Positions 39,400-53,433 of a DNA stretch of 64,000 nucleotides are shown here, in pieces (within the stretch, counting starts at the first letter, position 1; every line of letters begins with the position of its first letter). The notes under the pieces were generated by a model. That model was not told where the DNA came from. It saw only the letters and a list, made by a program, of their open reading frames with translations, and ran no database searches. The translations under genes and the position numbers were made by a program. The DNA comes from Eimeria praecox. Lineage: Eukaryota. The stretch spans positions 5,146,001 through 5,210,000 of the forward strand of contig OY986946.1 in NCBI GenBank assembly GCA_963920595.1, in the 5' to 3' direction.

Positions 39400-39445
<46 letters not shown>

Positions 39446-40111
39446 GACAAGCCCTTGAAGCCCGACATCGAGGACGATCTAAATGAGGGAGACAGTTTTC
39501 TTCCTTCTGAAGGAGACAACAAAGGAGACCCTGCAGCAGCAGCAGCAGCACCAGCAGCACCAACAGCAGCAACAGCAGCAGCAACAGCAGCAGCAACAGC
39601 AGCAGCAGCAGCAGCAGCAGGATCTCCTGCTGCAGATGAAGAGAACGATTTGTTAGAGGCTGCTCACGAATTGAAGAAGCTCGTATTAGAATTGGAAGGA
39701 GGACAAGAAGAGCAACAAGGAGATGAAGAGAAAGAAAAGGAGACAGAGTATGATAAGGAGACAGATGAAGATACACCTCAATCTCCTTCTTCTCCTTCTT
39801 CTTCTCCTTCTTCTTCTCCTTCTTCTTCTTCTTCTTCTTCTTCTCTAAAAGGTTTAGGGGGAATAGAAGCGGAGAGCATTATAATAGGTTATGAGCGGAG
39901 AGCATTATAATAGGTTATGTCCTTAGACTCTGGAGCCATCATAAACGTTTAGGTTTATCTCTTATTGAAGCAATTAAAACATTTGCTCTATCTATAGAAA
40001 GAGAAAGAAGAAAGGCTGCTGCTGCTGCTGCTATCTTAGCTCTACGTCAGAAACAAGAAGCTCCTGCTGCTGCTGCTGCTGCTGCTGTTAAGACAGCAGG
40101 AGGAAGAGGAA

Positions 40112-40149
<38 letters not shown>

Positions 40150-42943
40150 CAGGAGTTGCTGCTGGTGCGGCAGCAACATAAATATTTTAAGAAGATGAAG
40201 AGACGCATGCAGAAGCTGCTGAAGAAAGGAGACAGAGACCCTCAAGCTCTTATTGTATATCTTGAGGAGCTGTGGGGCCCCACAGATGCTGCAGCAGCAC
40301 TAACCCCACTCAATGGTAGCAGTTTCTATAATAATATAAAAACATTAGATAGAGACACTGAAGCCGTTGTTAAAGATATATATAAATTAAACACTGTTAT
40401 CTCTCGTATAATAGAAGAGACAAAGCATTCTTCGAATAATATAAAGAGACAGATAGAAGAAAATATAGAAATAAACTCGCTAGTAGATCCAATTGCAGGG
40501 CCTGTAGCTTCTCTGTCTCCTCCCTCCCTTTCTTCTCTCTCTCTTCTTCATCCTGACATCCTTGCTGCTGCAGATGAAGAGTTCAAACAAGAAGACATCG
40601 AGAAGGAGACAAATAATATTAAAGAAGGAGACACTTACTTGCTTGATGCTCCTACACCAGCTCCCTTAGGACGTAAACAAAACAGAAATAATAGGCCCCA
40701 TCTTGCTTCTCTGTCTCCTCCTCTGTCTCCTCCTCTGTCTCCTCCTCTGTCTCCTCCTCTGTCTCCTCCGCTGTCTCCTCCTCTATCTCCTTATGTGTCT
40801 CTTCCTCTGTCTCCTTCTCTTGTTCGTTCTCTGTCTCCTTCTTTCTCTCGCAGTGTATCTCCTGTTCTGTCTCCTCCTCTATCTCCTCCTTTCTCTGATG
40901 AAGGGACAGAGGAGACAGGCCCCTTTGGGGTGTCTCCTCCTTCTGCTGGGGCTTACTATCCTATCCCCTTCAACACCATACAACTACCTCACCCTAATAT
41001 ACAACTGTCTCCTTCTAGTAATCAAGACGATCTTAGCTTAGAGGCTCTAGGGGGATCCTTTCTTCAATTAGAGACAAAGGAGACAGAGACAAATAAAGAA
41101 GGAGACAGTAGAAAGGAGACAGTAATGTCTTTAAATCAAAAACAATTAATAGAAGATAAAGAAGATGAAGAGATAGATATAGATAAGAAAGAAAATAATA
41201 ATAAACAAATATATATACACCTTAAAGATGTTAAGCCTCATTGGGGGAACGAAGGAGACAGAGACACTGTCTCTGAATCTCCTTCTTTTGTCTCCTTGAA
41301 GGAGACAGAAGCTGCAGCAGAAGCAGATAAGGAGGAAGAAGAGGAAGAAGAAGAAGAGACAGCAGACACAGGAAAGGAGACAAAGAGTAAAGGAGGAGAG
41401 AGTGAAGCAGCAGAGGAAACAGCAGAAACAGCAACAGCTGCACCTGAAAAAAAACAACACAAACCACCTACTACAGCAGAGACACCTGAAGAGACAGCTG
41501 AGGAGACAGAGACACCTGAAGAGACACCTGAAGAGACACCTGAAGAGACAACAAAGGAGGAGACAAAAGAGAGACACCCTGAAGCAGGGGAAAAGAGTGA
41601 AAAGGAGACAGAAAAAATTGAAAAGGAGACACTGCCTGTACACCCGAAGGAGACAGTATCTGTACACCCAACGGAGACAGTGTCTGTACACCCCAAGGAA
41701 GAAAAAGAAAAGGAGACAGTGCCTTTGTTAATGATATCTGAGCTAGGCCCGCATGCATGTGAAGCCATAACAGATCCTGCTGTCTGCATGCAACAGAAAG
41801 ATTGCTTTCATGATTTTATTTATGGGGCTTGCTTCTTTAATTGTACAGCTGCCCATACACCCGAAGAATGCGGCAAACACATGTTCTGTCGATTCGAGAC
41901 AGAAGTCCCCGCGAATGCGTGTGTTAATGAAGGTAAGAGAAAAAGGAGACACACACTTCTTCTCGATATCCCTCTCTCGCTCTGTCTCGCTCTGTCTCTC
42001 TCTGTCTCTCTCTCCCTCTGTCTCTATTGCTCTCTCTGTCTCTGTCTCTATGTCTCTCTCTGTCTCTGTCTATCTACGTATCTATCTGTTTCTCTCTGTC
42101 TCTCTCTCTGTCTCTATCTATCTACATATCTATCTGTCTCCTTTGCTATTATTGTCTCTTCGGGAGTCTCTCTCCTCTTGTCTGCTTGTCTCCTATGCTG
42201 TCTCTCTGTATCCTTTGATATCTCTCTTGCTCCTTCTACCACTCGTCCTGGAGCTGCTGCTGTTCCTGCTGTTGCTGCTGCTGTCGCTGCTGCTGCTCCT
42301 GTTGCTGCTGCTGCTCCTGTTGCTGCTGCCGCTGTTGCTGCTGTTGTTGCTGCTGCGAGTCTTGTTGCTGTACAGCTGCTGCAGCTGTTGCAGCGATGTG
42401 TGAAGCAGCAGTCAAGTGTCTCGACACCTCCTCCTGTCTCCTCTGTCTCCTCCGAACTGTCTCTTGAGTTCTTTGTCTCTTACTTCAGAGACAGTTGAAT
42501 GCATGCAGACAGGACGGAGGGACATGTTGAGGCTTTGAGAGGCCTGCCTGTCTCTGTGTGTCTCTGTCTCTTTATCTGTCTCTGTGTCTTTATCTGTCTC
42601 CGTCTGTGTATCTGTCCCTGCCCCTCTATCTGTCTCTGTCTCTTTATCTGTCTCTGTTTCTTTATCTGTCTCCTTCTCTGTCTCTATCTCTTTATGTATA
42701 TATCTGTCTGTCTATTTATATACCTGTCTCCCTTCAATTTATCTGTCTCCCACATATTTATTTATTTGTCTCTTTTATATTTATCTGTCTCTTTTATATT
42801 TATCTGTCTCCTTTTATATTTTAAATTAATTATAGGCTATCAGACTACAGACGCTGTCTCTCAACGTTTTGAGGAGATACTGAGAGGATGCGAGCACTTT
42901 ACAAGAAAGGAGACATGCGATTTTATGCATGCGCATGCAATCA

Positions 42944-43011
<68 letters not shown>

Positions 43012-43482
43012 AAAGAAACAGCGAAAGGGAGCCTGTCTCCATTTTTCTGTTCATGGATTTCTAATAATGAAGAGGAGACAGACACCCCAACCGAAGGAGA
43101 CACTTCCCCTAACAATCATGTTAATAATACTATAATAAATAAAAATAAATTAAATAATACTAAATTAAATATAAATAAAACAAACAAACTACTTAACAAG
43201 GATTCAGGTGTATGTACAAACCTCAATGAAGCCCCCTCAGCAGAAAGACTTCTTTGGGGGACTGTTGTAGCAGAAAAAGAAAAAAAACTTAGAGGTCAGC
43301 CCACATACTCGTGCTGCTGCTGCTGCTGCTGCTGCTGCTGCACTTGCTGCTGCTATTGCTGCTGCTGCTGCTACACTTGCTGCTGCTGTTGCTGCTGCTG
43401 CTGCTGTTGCTGCTGATGATGGTGATGCACTTGCTGCTGCTGCTGATGATGATGCTTCACTTGCTCGTGCTGCTGCTGCTGT

Positions 43483-43520
<38 letters not shown>

Positions 43521-43673
43521 CTGCTGCTGTATTCATATGGTGTTTGCTTCTATTAAATGTATGTCTTTGAGGGGTATACGTGTTGCTTAATATTATAAAA
43601 TGTTAAGGGAGGCTGCATGCAGATGCGAGAGGGTCTGCTGCAGCAGCAGAAGTATGTACATAGGGATTATCTG

Positions 43674-43726
<53 letters not shown>

Positions 43727-44695
43727 AGCTGCAGGAGACAGAAGGTGCGAAAGAAGGAGAACTCTGCCCTCGCCCCAGCGACAGCCTCGCAGTCTTAAAC
43801 CCCGATAGACCATTCTATACTGTCGGAACCATCGTTAAGGTGAACTCCTGTCTCGTTTATTTCTGTCTCCTTTATTTCTGTCTCATTTATTTCTGTCTCC
43901 TTTATTTCTGTCTCCTTTACTTCTGTCTCCTTTAACTGTCTCCTTTATTTCTGTCTCCTTTATTTCTGTCTCCTTTATCTGTCTCCTCTGCTTCTGTCTC
44001 CTTCGTTTCTGTCCCCTCTATCTCTGTCTCCTTTATTTCTGTCTCCTTTATTTCTGTCTCCTTTATTTCTGTCTCCTTTATTTCTGTCTCCTTTATCTGT
44101 CTCCTTTATTTCTGTCTCCTTTATTTCTGTCTCCTTTATTTCTGTCTCCTTTATTTCTGTCTCCTTTGCTTCTGTCTCCTTTGCTTCTGTCTCCTTTATT
44201 TCTGTCTCCTTTGCTTCTGTCTCCTTTGCTTCTGTCTCCTTTATCTGTCTCCTCTACTTCTGTCTCCTCTACTTCTGTCTCCTTTATTTCTGTCTCCTTT
44301 ATCTGTCTCCTTACTGTCTCCTGTCTGTTGCTACCTTTCTGTCTCCTTTCCGTCTTCTTTCTGTCTCTACTGTCTGTCCTCTCTCTGTCTCTTCTCTGTC
44401 TCCTTTCTGTCTCCTTTCTGTCTCCTCGTTTGTTTATTTTATAATTTATTTTCTATTTCTTTTTCCTCCGTTGTTTCTTTAGTCTTCTCCTTCGTGTGTC
44501 TCCTCTTTATGTTTCTGTCTGTCTCTCTCTGTCTCCTCTCTTTCCTCTGTCTCCTCTCCTCTCTCTGTCTCCTCCCGTCTCTCTGTCTCTAATCTTTTCT
44601 CTGTCTCTTCTCTTCTCCTTTTGTATCTTCTGTCTCTCTTGTGTATGTCTCCTCGTCCCTCATGTATACAAACATATACATATATACATATATAC

Positions 44696-44729
<34 letters not shown>

Positions 44730-44995
44730 CTTTGTATATTTAAATAACTTAAATAGATAAACTAAACAAACTAAATAAACTAAATAAAATAGCAAGACAA
44801 ACCAGTATAAACTATCTCTCTCTCTATATTAATTCTGAATCTGTAGGTGTCTTGTCTCCCTGGATCGATCTTGCTTGGTATAAGAGATGAAGTTGAATGT
44901 AAGGAGACAGGCGATTTCTCTCCTACTATTGTTTGTATAGAAGAAGGAGACATATCAGATACACAATTAGACTTTCTTAAGAAGAAAAATACGAT

Positions 44996-45028
<33 letters not shown>

Positions 45029-45085
45029 GCCTCCTACTCATGGGCTAGCTACAGGTCAGAAAATCATTTATTCTGCTCTTGATGC

Positions 45086-45164
<79 letters not shown>

Positions 45165-45181
45165 TGTGCTGCTGTTGCTGC

Positions 45182-45213
<32 letters not shown>

Positions 45214-45463
45214 TTTTTTTTCTGTCTCTTTCTGTCTCTCTGTTTGTCTCTTTCTGTCTCCTGAGTGTCTCCTTATTCGCTGTCTCTTGTCTTTCTCTTC
45301 TTTCTAATCTACAGATATTCTACTTATCTTATCTTTCTATACACAGAAACTGTCTCCACATCCTGCTGCTGTTGCTGTTGCTGCTGCTGCTGCTGCTGCT
45401 GCTTTTGTCTCCTCAGGCCTCTTCGTTGCAGCTGCTGCAGCTCTTAGTTTATGGTTTGTTTAA
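38702..45463 (+). CDS. RON1: Secreted, GPI-anchored sushi (CCP)-domain protein, RON1/apical sushi protein-like; first exon interrupted by a 26-bp duplication
   Basis: Signal peptide (..[18 protein letters not shown]). Exon 38702..41932 is open once one 26-bp copy at 39868-39919 is removed; further exons 42836..43294, 43727..43839, 44847..45054, 45417..45463. Cys-rich block HACEAITDPAVC..DCFHDFIYGACFFNC..C..C..CVNEG; four-Cys sushi-like LCPRP..PFYTVGTIVK|VSCLPG..VECKETGDFSPTIVC; hydrophobic end GLATGLFVAAAAALSLWFV*. Architecture matches TgRON1/PfASP from memory. Confidence 0.75.
43848..44320 (+). repeat. 15-bp minisatellite (CTGTCTCCTTTATTT)n, intronic
   Basis: Direct tandem array; reverse complement of a unit in the 21590-22683 array. 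Confidence 0.9.
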
Positions 45464-45900
45464 ATACAACAAGAAAAGGAGACAGTTGCTGTATCTAAAC
45501 AAAGAGACTGTCTCCTTCTTGTCTTATAGATATGAAGTACCTGTCTGTACACCTCACGCCTTCAGGCGGCTGTGCTTTTATTTGTTTAATTTATTTATTT
45601 AATTTATTTAATTTATTTAATTTATTTAATTTATTTAATTTATTTAATTTATTTAATCTATGTAAAGACACTAGGAGGACCTAATAAACAAACTTCATGC
45701 ATGTTTTTGATTCTAACTGCCTATACACCTCAAGCTGCAGCTTCAGGTGTACAGGCACCTCAATACACATCACAGCTGCTGCTGCAGCCATCTGCAGCAG
45801 CAGCAGCAGCAGCAGCAGATCTAGTAAGCTGTTTCTGTTGAAACAGCTGCATGCAGTCCCTGCTGCAGACAAACCGAGGGGCTGTGCTTTGCGTTTAAGA

Positions 45901-46016
45901 TGAGGAGACACCTCAAGAGGTGAGGAGACACCTCAAGAGGTGAGGAGACACCTCAAGAGGTGGGGAGACACCTCAAGAGGTGGGGAGACACCTCAAGAGG
46001 TGAGGAGACACCTCAA
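45901..46016 (+). repeat. 20-bp minisatellite (TGAGGAGACACCTCAAGAGG), ~6 copies, with internal inverted repeat
   Basis: Direct tandem array. GAGGTG..CACCTC is self-complementary across unit junctions. Confidence 0.92.
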
Positions 46017-46091
46017 CAGTTTTAATGTTTATACATCTAATATGGGATTTAAACACAAAACAAAATGCTAAAGAAGACAGACGCACAAACA

Positions 46092-46130
<39 letters not shown>

Positions 46131-46346
46131 TGCTGCTGCTGCTGCTGCTGGTATAGGTGTCGCAGCAGCTGCTGCTGCACCTGCAGCTGAATTCTGCAGC
46201 AGCGGCAGCAAACGCCCCCGCAGCCGCCGAGCCCAAAGAATAACTTGCGCGGCAGGAGTGCTGCTGCTGCTGCTGCTGCTCCTGCTGCTGTTGTTGCTGC
46301 TGCTGCTGTTGTTGCTGCTGCTGCTGTTGTTGCTGCTGCTGCAGCA

Positions 46347-47160
46347 TCAGCAACACTGCTGCTCACGAGCCTCTACGAGTGCAGTTTGTATAGAAACCCA
46401 ACAGCGTCTCTCTGCCTCCGTGCTGCTGGCGGGTTGCTGCAGCAGCGCTCCAAGCTGCAGCAGCAGCTGCTGCTGCTGTTGCTGCTGCTGCTCCTCGAGT
46501 CCCTTGTCTGCCATGTGCTTCTCTTCGGTAGCAGAAGGCAGCTGCAGCAGCAAAACAGCAGCAGCAGCAGCAGCAACCCACACCCCACACAGACACCGTT
46601 TATATACGTATTTGTATTGAAGGTCCCTCCCTATACACCTCAAACTATACACTTGAAGTGTATAGGGACATACAAGGTAGGAGACACAGACAGCAAGAAA
46701 TAAAAGTAGACAGTAAAAACAACATAGAAGGAGACAGAAGAGGAAAGGAGACAGCAGCAGCAGCAGCAGGAGCAGCAGCAGCAGCAGCAGCAGGAGCAGC
46801 AGCAGCAGCAGGAGCAGCAGCAGCAGCAGGAGCAGCAGGAGCAGCAGCAGCAGGAGACAGAAAAATAAAGGAGACATAAGAGAAGATAAAGAAAGAGACA
46901 GAAGAAGAAAGGAGACAGCACCACGTCTTCCTTGCTGTCTCCCTCTCTAACACAAACACTTGCTGCCGTTGAGGTGTACGTACATAGAAGGCCTCAAGCA
47001 TCCAAAGGATGCATGCGCTGCAGCACCGCAGCTTTTGCTGCTGCTGCTGCTGCAGCAACGTCTGCGAGCAGCACACCTCTATAGCATCTAAGACCAGCTG
47101 CATCTGTTCTTCTGGAGTTAAAGAGCTGCTGTATACACCTGCTGCTGCAGCATCCCACTC

Positions 47161-47211
<51 letters not shown>

Positions 47212-47711
47212 TTGCTGCGGTCTCCTGATTGGCTTGTGGCTGCAGGCATACGCGTAACCATGCAGCAGAATCTGCTGCTGTCGCTGCTGCAGCACGAGCA
47301 GCAGCGCATGCAAGAAGGAGGGGAGGGCCTTCAGCAAGGAGACAGCAGCAGCCTGCAGCAGCTGCTGCTGCTCCTGCTGCACAGGAAAGTGCTGCTGCAG
47401 CGCAGTCCAAGCCCCACGTCCTGCTGCAGCAGCAAGAAGCCCTTGAGGTGTTGATGATACAGACCGATAGGCATCTAAGTAGATGAAAGCTGCCTATACA
47501 CCCCAAACACATAAACAGACAGACACACACACACACAGACAGACACACACATACACACCAACTCTCCCTCTTACCGAGTCTAGCAGCAGCAGCCGAAACA
47601 GCAGCAGCAATAGCAGCAGCAGCAGCAGCAGCAGAATCACCCTGCTGCAGCTGTCCTCTACTAACCCTCTTCTACCGTGCAGCAGCAGCAACACACCAGC
47701 AACAGCAGCAG

Positions 47712-47769
<58 letters not shown>

Positions 47770-48152
47770 TTGCCTGTAGGTATCTTCCTCTCGAGTGAAG
47801 CAGGTTTGCATGCGAGCGCTGCAGCCAAGAACGAGGGATGCCTAGCTGCTGCTGCAGCAGCTGAGCAGCCCACAGTCTGCGGTGTACAGACACCTCAGCA
47901 CTCAGCTCTCTCCCATACTTATCTACTAATGCACGAGCTCCTATAACCCCTGCGTCTGCAGCAGCAGCAACAGCAGCAGCAGCAGCAGCAACAGCAACAG
48001 CAAATAGACGAAGAGCTGCAGATATTAAGAGCATTCGGGCTGCTGCTTGCTGAAGCTATGCGCTGCTGCTGTTGCTGCAGCAGCAGCAGCAATACGAACA
48101 GCAACAACAGCAGCAGCAGGACAACAGCAACAATCCGAACAACAAGACACAC

Positions 48153-48212
<60 letters not shown>

Positions 48213-48466
48213 GCAGCAACAACAGCAGCAGCAACAACAACAACAGCAGCAGCAGCAACAGCAGCCTGTTGTATGTACCTCTGTCCGGGCTCAGCAGCAG
48301 CACCGCGCATGCAGCAGGCCAGAACCCTGACGCCTCAAGCTGCTCTGCAAATAAGATAGAGAGCTGCTGCTGCTGCTGCAGCAGACGACAGACACCCCGC
48401 TGTTTGCTGCTTGGTAGTGCAGCAATCCATTCCCTGTCTGGCAGCCACACCAAATCCTGCTCCTGC

Positions 48467-48505
<39 letters not shown>

Positions 48506-48663
48506 GGCTTTGCTGCTGCTGCTGCTGCTGCTGCTGTTGCTGCATAATGCATGCACAGCACTATCCCTGCTAGCCAGGGGAGCTCAACATCAAGAGGGAA
48601 GGGAGACGAGCGCCAACTGCTGACAGAGTCCAGTGAAGGACTCGTTAGACCCGCGTGTTGTCT

Positions 48664-48697
<34 letters not shown>

Positions 48698-48762
48698 AGC
48701 AGCAGCAGCAGAAGAAGAAGCACGACTGTTAGTTGCAGTTGCAGCAACAACAACAACAACAA

Positions 48763-48795
<33 letters not shown>

Positions 48796-48875
48796 TCTTA
48801 GGAAGGAGAAGACAGACATACCTTAAGAGAGCGAACTGCATGTCAAACTGTTCCTCGCTTAGCAGCTGCTGGCAG

Positions 48876-48916
<41 letters not shown>

Positions 48917-49060
48917 TTGCTGCTGCATTTGCTTGAGGCTCTGCAGCAAGTACTGTGTCTCCCGCTGCTGTCGAGCATACAGAGGCAGCGGCGCGCAGCC
49001 CCAGCAGCTGCTGCAGCTGCAGCGCTGTCCTCGACCAAAGCCCATCATAAACAGCAACGC

Positions 49061-49098
<38 letters not shown>

Positions 49099-49294
49099 GC
49101 TGCACATGCAGCAGCAGCAGACTCTGTGTCCCTCCCACCCCCCCCTCCCTCTCTTATCAACCAACCTGCATGCACTCTATCCCTGTCGTTTCTGCTGCTG
49201 CTGCTGCTGCTGTTGCTATTGGTGCTGCTGCTGTTGCTGCTGCTGTTGGTGCTGCTATTGGTGCTGCTGCTTTTGGTGCTGCTGTTGGTGCTGC

Positions 49295-49332
<38 letters not shown>

Positions 49333-49579
49333 TTTTGCTTACTCTTTTGAGGTGTCTGGGGGCATCAGGCGCCTGAGGCGGAGGCCTCAGCTCCTCTCGC
49401 AGCAGCAAAGGAGACAGTAGAGGCCCTGTCTCCGTTTCAAACAATAAAACTGCTGCTAGCTCGGCCCTCCAATCTAAGAAAGCAAAGTCAGAAGCCCACA
49501 GAGCAGCAGATTCTGCTGCTGCTGCTGCGTCAACATAGCCACAGCTTGACCCTTCTCCTGCTGCTGCTGCTGCTGCTGG

Positions 49580-49616
<37 letters not shown>

Positions 49617-49792
49617 TTCTTGTCCGCGCTGTCTGGTGCTTCTAACTGTGAGCAGCGTAGCTTGCTGGCAGCAGCAGTAGCAGCAGCAGCAGCAGGAGGC
49701 GGAGCCCCCCCCAGGAGTCTATACACCCGACGAACTTCACGAGGAGGCTGCGGCAGCGCTGAAGCCTGCAGCGCATCGGCGTACAGCATCTG

Positions 49793-49830
<38 letters not shown>

Positions 49831-49867
49831 TAGCATATATAGTTGCACACGAACGTTGCCCCACTCC

Positions 49868-49914
<47 letters not shown>

Positions 49915-50036
49915 GCAGCAGCACTTCTACCCTACACTAAATCGGGCAGCAGCAGCAGCCGCTGCAGCAGCACAATAAAGGCTGCTCAGCATCACGAACG
50001 GAGCAGCAGCAGCAGCAACAAGCGCAGCAACAACAC

Positions 50037-50086
<50 letters not shown>

Positions 50087-50209
50087 GCAGCAGCAGCTGA
50101 CCTGACACCCCAGGGGCTGCTGCAGGTGAGCAGCAACCGCCAGCGCCATATGAGGATAGAAGGCTCCTCCCTTAAGCAGCAGATGCACAGAGGCTAGGCC
50201 CTGAAGCAA

Positions 50210-50252
<43 letters not shown>

Positions 50253-50407
50253 AGCAGCAATGTCAACAGGCCACGTGCCTCCCCCCCCAACTAACTATTC
50301 GCTGTTGCTGCATCATCATCATCTGCTGCTGCTGCTGCGTCTACTGCTGCTCCAGCTTCAGCGTCTGCTGCTGCTGCTGCAGCAGCAGCAGCGTCTACTA
50401 CTACTAC

Positions 50408-50459
<52 letters not shown>

Positions 50460-50610
50460 AAGAGGAGACAAACATACATGGCCATTGGCTAGGAGATGCA
50501 GCAGCGCAGCAAACCTCCGCAGCTCTCCCTTCGTCATCATCGCCTCGAGGAAGGCCCTCGCGCTGCAAGACAAGAACAATTCTCGATTCCGCAGCAGCAG
50601 CAGCAGCAAC

Positions 50611-50659
<49 letters not shown>

Positions 50660-51140
50660 TCTGTGCTGCCACTTGAGCCCTTCGTAAGAAGCTGAGGAGC
50701 AAGGGACGATTTTCCTCTAGCAGCCACTGCAGCACACGCTGCTGTCGCTGTCTCTCAACAGCAGCAGCAAACGAAGCATTGAATCCCTTAGCTGGAGTTG
50801 CATGCAGCAGCTGCTGCAGCAGCAGCAGCTGCTGCTGCTGCTGCTGCTGCGGACTCCGGTCCAGCAGCAGCGCAACAAGCAACCGCCATGTCTGCAGCAT
50901 ATATGGAGACAAATACGATACTTCAGAGTACCGACGGCTGTCCCCTGCATCTGCTGCTGCTCCAGTAGCAGCAGCAGCAGCAGCAGGAGCAGCAGCAGGA
51001 GCAGGAGCAGCAGCAGGAGCAGCAGCAGCAGCATTCCCAACCCAAGGAGAACTGCGGGGCCAGATAGCCGCATCGCCGCTGCCCGAGTAGTAATTGTTCT
51101 GTTGCTGCAAGAAGTCTAACACCCGCAGCAGCAACCTGCA

Positions 51141-51171
<31 letters not shown>

Positions 51172-51498
51172 AGCAGCAATAGCAGCAACAGCAGCAGCAG
51201 CAGCCGCCGGGGCAAGCCCTCAAAGAACTGTCTTCCAAACATATATTTACTTTGCATGCATGTACAATAAATAAATTAAAATTAAATTAAATTAAATTAA
51301 ATTAATAAAATAAAATAAATAAATAAAGATATATTCATACAGCAGCATCCATAATAGACAAGAGCCGCACTGCAGCACGCTGCTGCAAGATTAGGGTTTA
51401 GGGTTTAGGGTTTAGGGTTTGGGGTTTAGGGTTTGGGGCTTCACTTCCTCTTCTCTTATGAAAACCCCCATACCCACCGCAACAGCAGCAGCAACAGT

Positions 51499-51548
<50 letters not shown>

Positions 51549-52048
51549 ATTGTTGCTGTATGTACCGGTCCTTGACGCTTCCTGAGGGCGCTTCTTGCTG
51601 CTGCTGCTGCTGCTGCTGCATCTGTTGCTGTTGCTGCTGCTGCTGCATTAGCTGCAGCGAGTTTGTCTCCGGGGGAGAGACAGGATGCTGCAGCAGCAGA
51701 TCAACGACACATCCTACTGCTGCTGCTGCTGCTGTTGCTGCGAGGCCCCGGTGTACAGACACCCCAGAATTGAAGAGATGGAGCCGCACGTTTTCTCTTA
51801 CATCCCACACAACCTGTACACCTTCTTCTTCTAATGTAGTCGTCCTCTTGCTGCTGCTGCTGCAGCTGCTGCTGTTGCTGTTGCTGCTGCTGCTGCAGGA
51901 GCAGCAGCAGCTGCTGCTGCCTGCAGCTACAAAACCCCTTGCTGCTGTCTCTACAGCTTCTTCTGCCTTCAACGGCTCAGTCTGCTGCACTGTCTGAGGC
52001 CTCGGGACTTCTCCAGCCGTCCAGACCGCCCCACACGGAGCAGCTACA

Positions 52049-52099
<51 letters not shown>

Positions 52100-52578
52100 C
52101 AGCCTGCAGCAGCAGCAACAGCAGCAGCAGCTTCCCTAGCCAAAGGCTGAGGCCATACATATCCACGAGGGGACGTCGAAGGAGGAAGCAAAGGAGACAG
52201 TCGCAGCACTGCTAGCTCATACGCCCCGCAGGTGTCTCCAGCTGCTGCTGCTGCTGCTGCTGCTCCGCCCTTTGCTGCTGCTGCTGCTGCTGCAGCGGCT
52301 TCCTGTGGGGCCCGGAATACGGGCAGAGCACAGAGGCCCCCAGGGCCAAAGGCGGGGGCACAGCGAACAGGGAAGGGGGGCCTCCTCAGCCAGGGGCGAG
52401 AAGCAGCAGCAGCAGCAGCTGCTGCTGCTGCTGCTGCAGCAGCAGCAGCAGACTGGTCCTTGCTGCCAGCTGCAGCAGCATCATCTGCTGCCTCCTCAAC
52501 ATGCAGCAACTCCTTAGCAGCAATATTAGACAGCGCAGATGTCTCCTTCTCCACAGCTCGCGCTGCTTCCTCTCCAGA

Positions 52579-52634
<56 letters not shown>

Positions 52635-53177
52635 TGTGTTGCTGCTGCTGTTGATGGCTGTCTGCAGCGCCACAAGCAGCTTCAACCTGCTCCTGCCCTT
52701 GTTCCTGCTGCTGCTGCTGTTGTTGCTGTTCCTGCTGCTGCTGCTGCTGCTGCTGCTGTGCAGCAGCAGCAGCAAGAAAGGCCTGTGGGGCGGAGCGTAG
52801 GATAGAGCCCCTCTGTATCTGCAGACATAGCTCTCTAGACAGCGTTGATGCTGCAGGTGCAGCAGCAGCAAAAGCAAGTATGTTTGCTGCTTCGATTCTC
52901 TCGCTATCTTCAGCCCTTCCCTCCTCTATTCCTACCCCCGCCGCATCTGCTGCTGCTGCAGGAGCAGCAGCAGGAGCAGCAGCAGCAGCAGGAGCAGCAG
53001 CAGCAGCAGCAGGAGGGGAGGGGTCTTGTGCCTCATCTTCATCTATCCATTTATATACAGAGAAATGATCTACTTCAAATCTCCATTCCCATGTATTTGT
53101 ATCTAAAGACAAAAACCTCGCTCCCATCTTCTCTGTATATCTTCTTACCTTCTCCACAAACTGCTGCGTGCTGCTGC

Positions 53178-53212
<35 letters not shown>

Positions 53213-53355
53213 GTGTTGTTGTTGTTGGTTTTCGTAGAGTCTGATGCTGCAGCAAGATATTTAGGCCTGCAGTTGCACAGAGTTATTCTTGCCTTCTTGT
53301 TTAAACCCTCGCCGACAGGCGGAGCATCCTCCGCATACACACTAACCTGAAGAGA

Positions 53356-53433
<78 letters not shown>

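Noticed and set aside
45901..46016. Palindromic tandem repeat resembling a CRISPR array
   Set aside because: No unique spacers, no cas genes, and a eukaryotic context.
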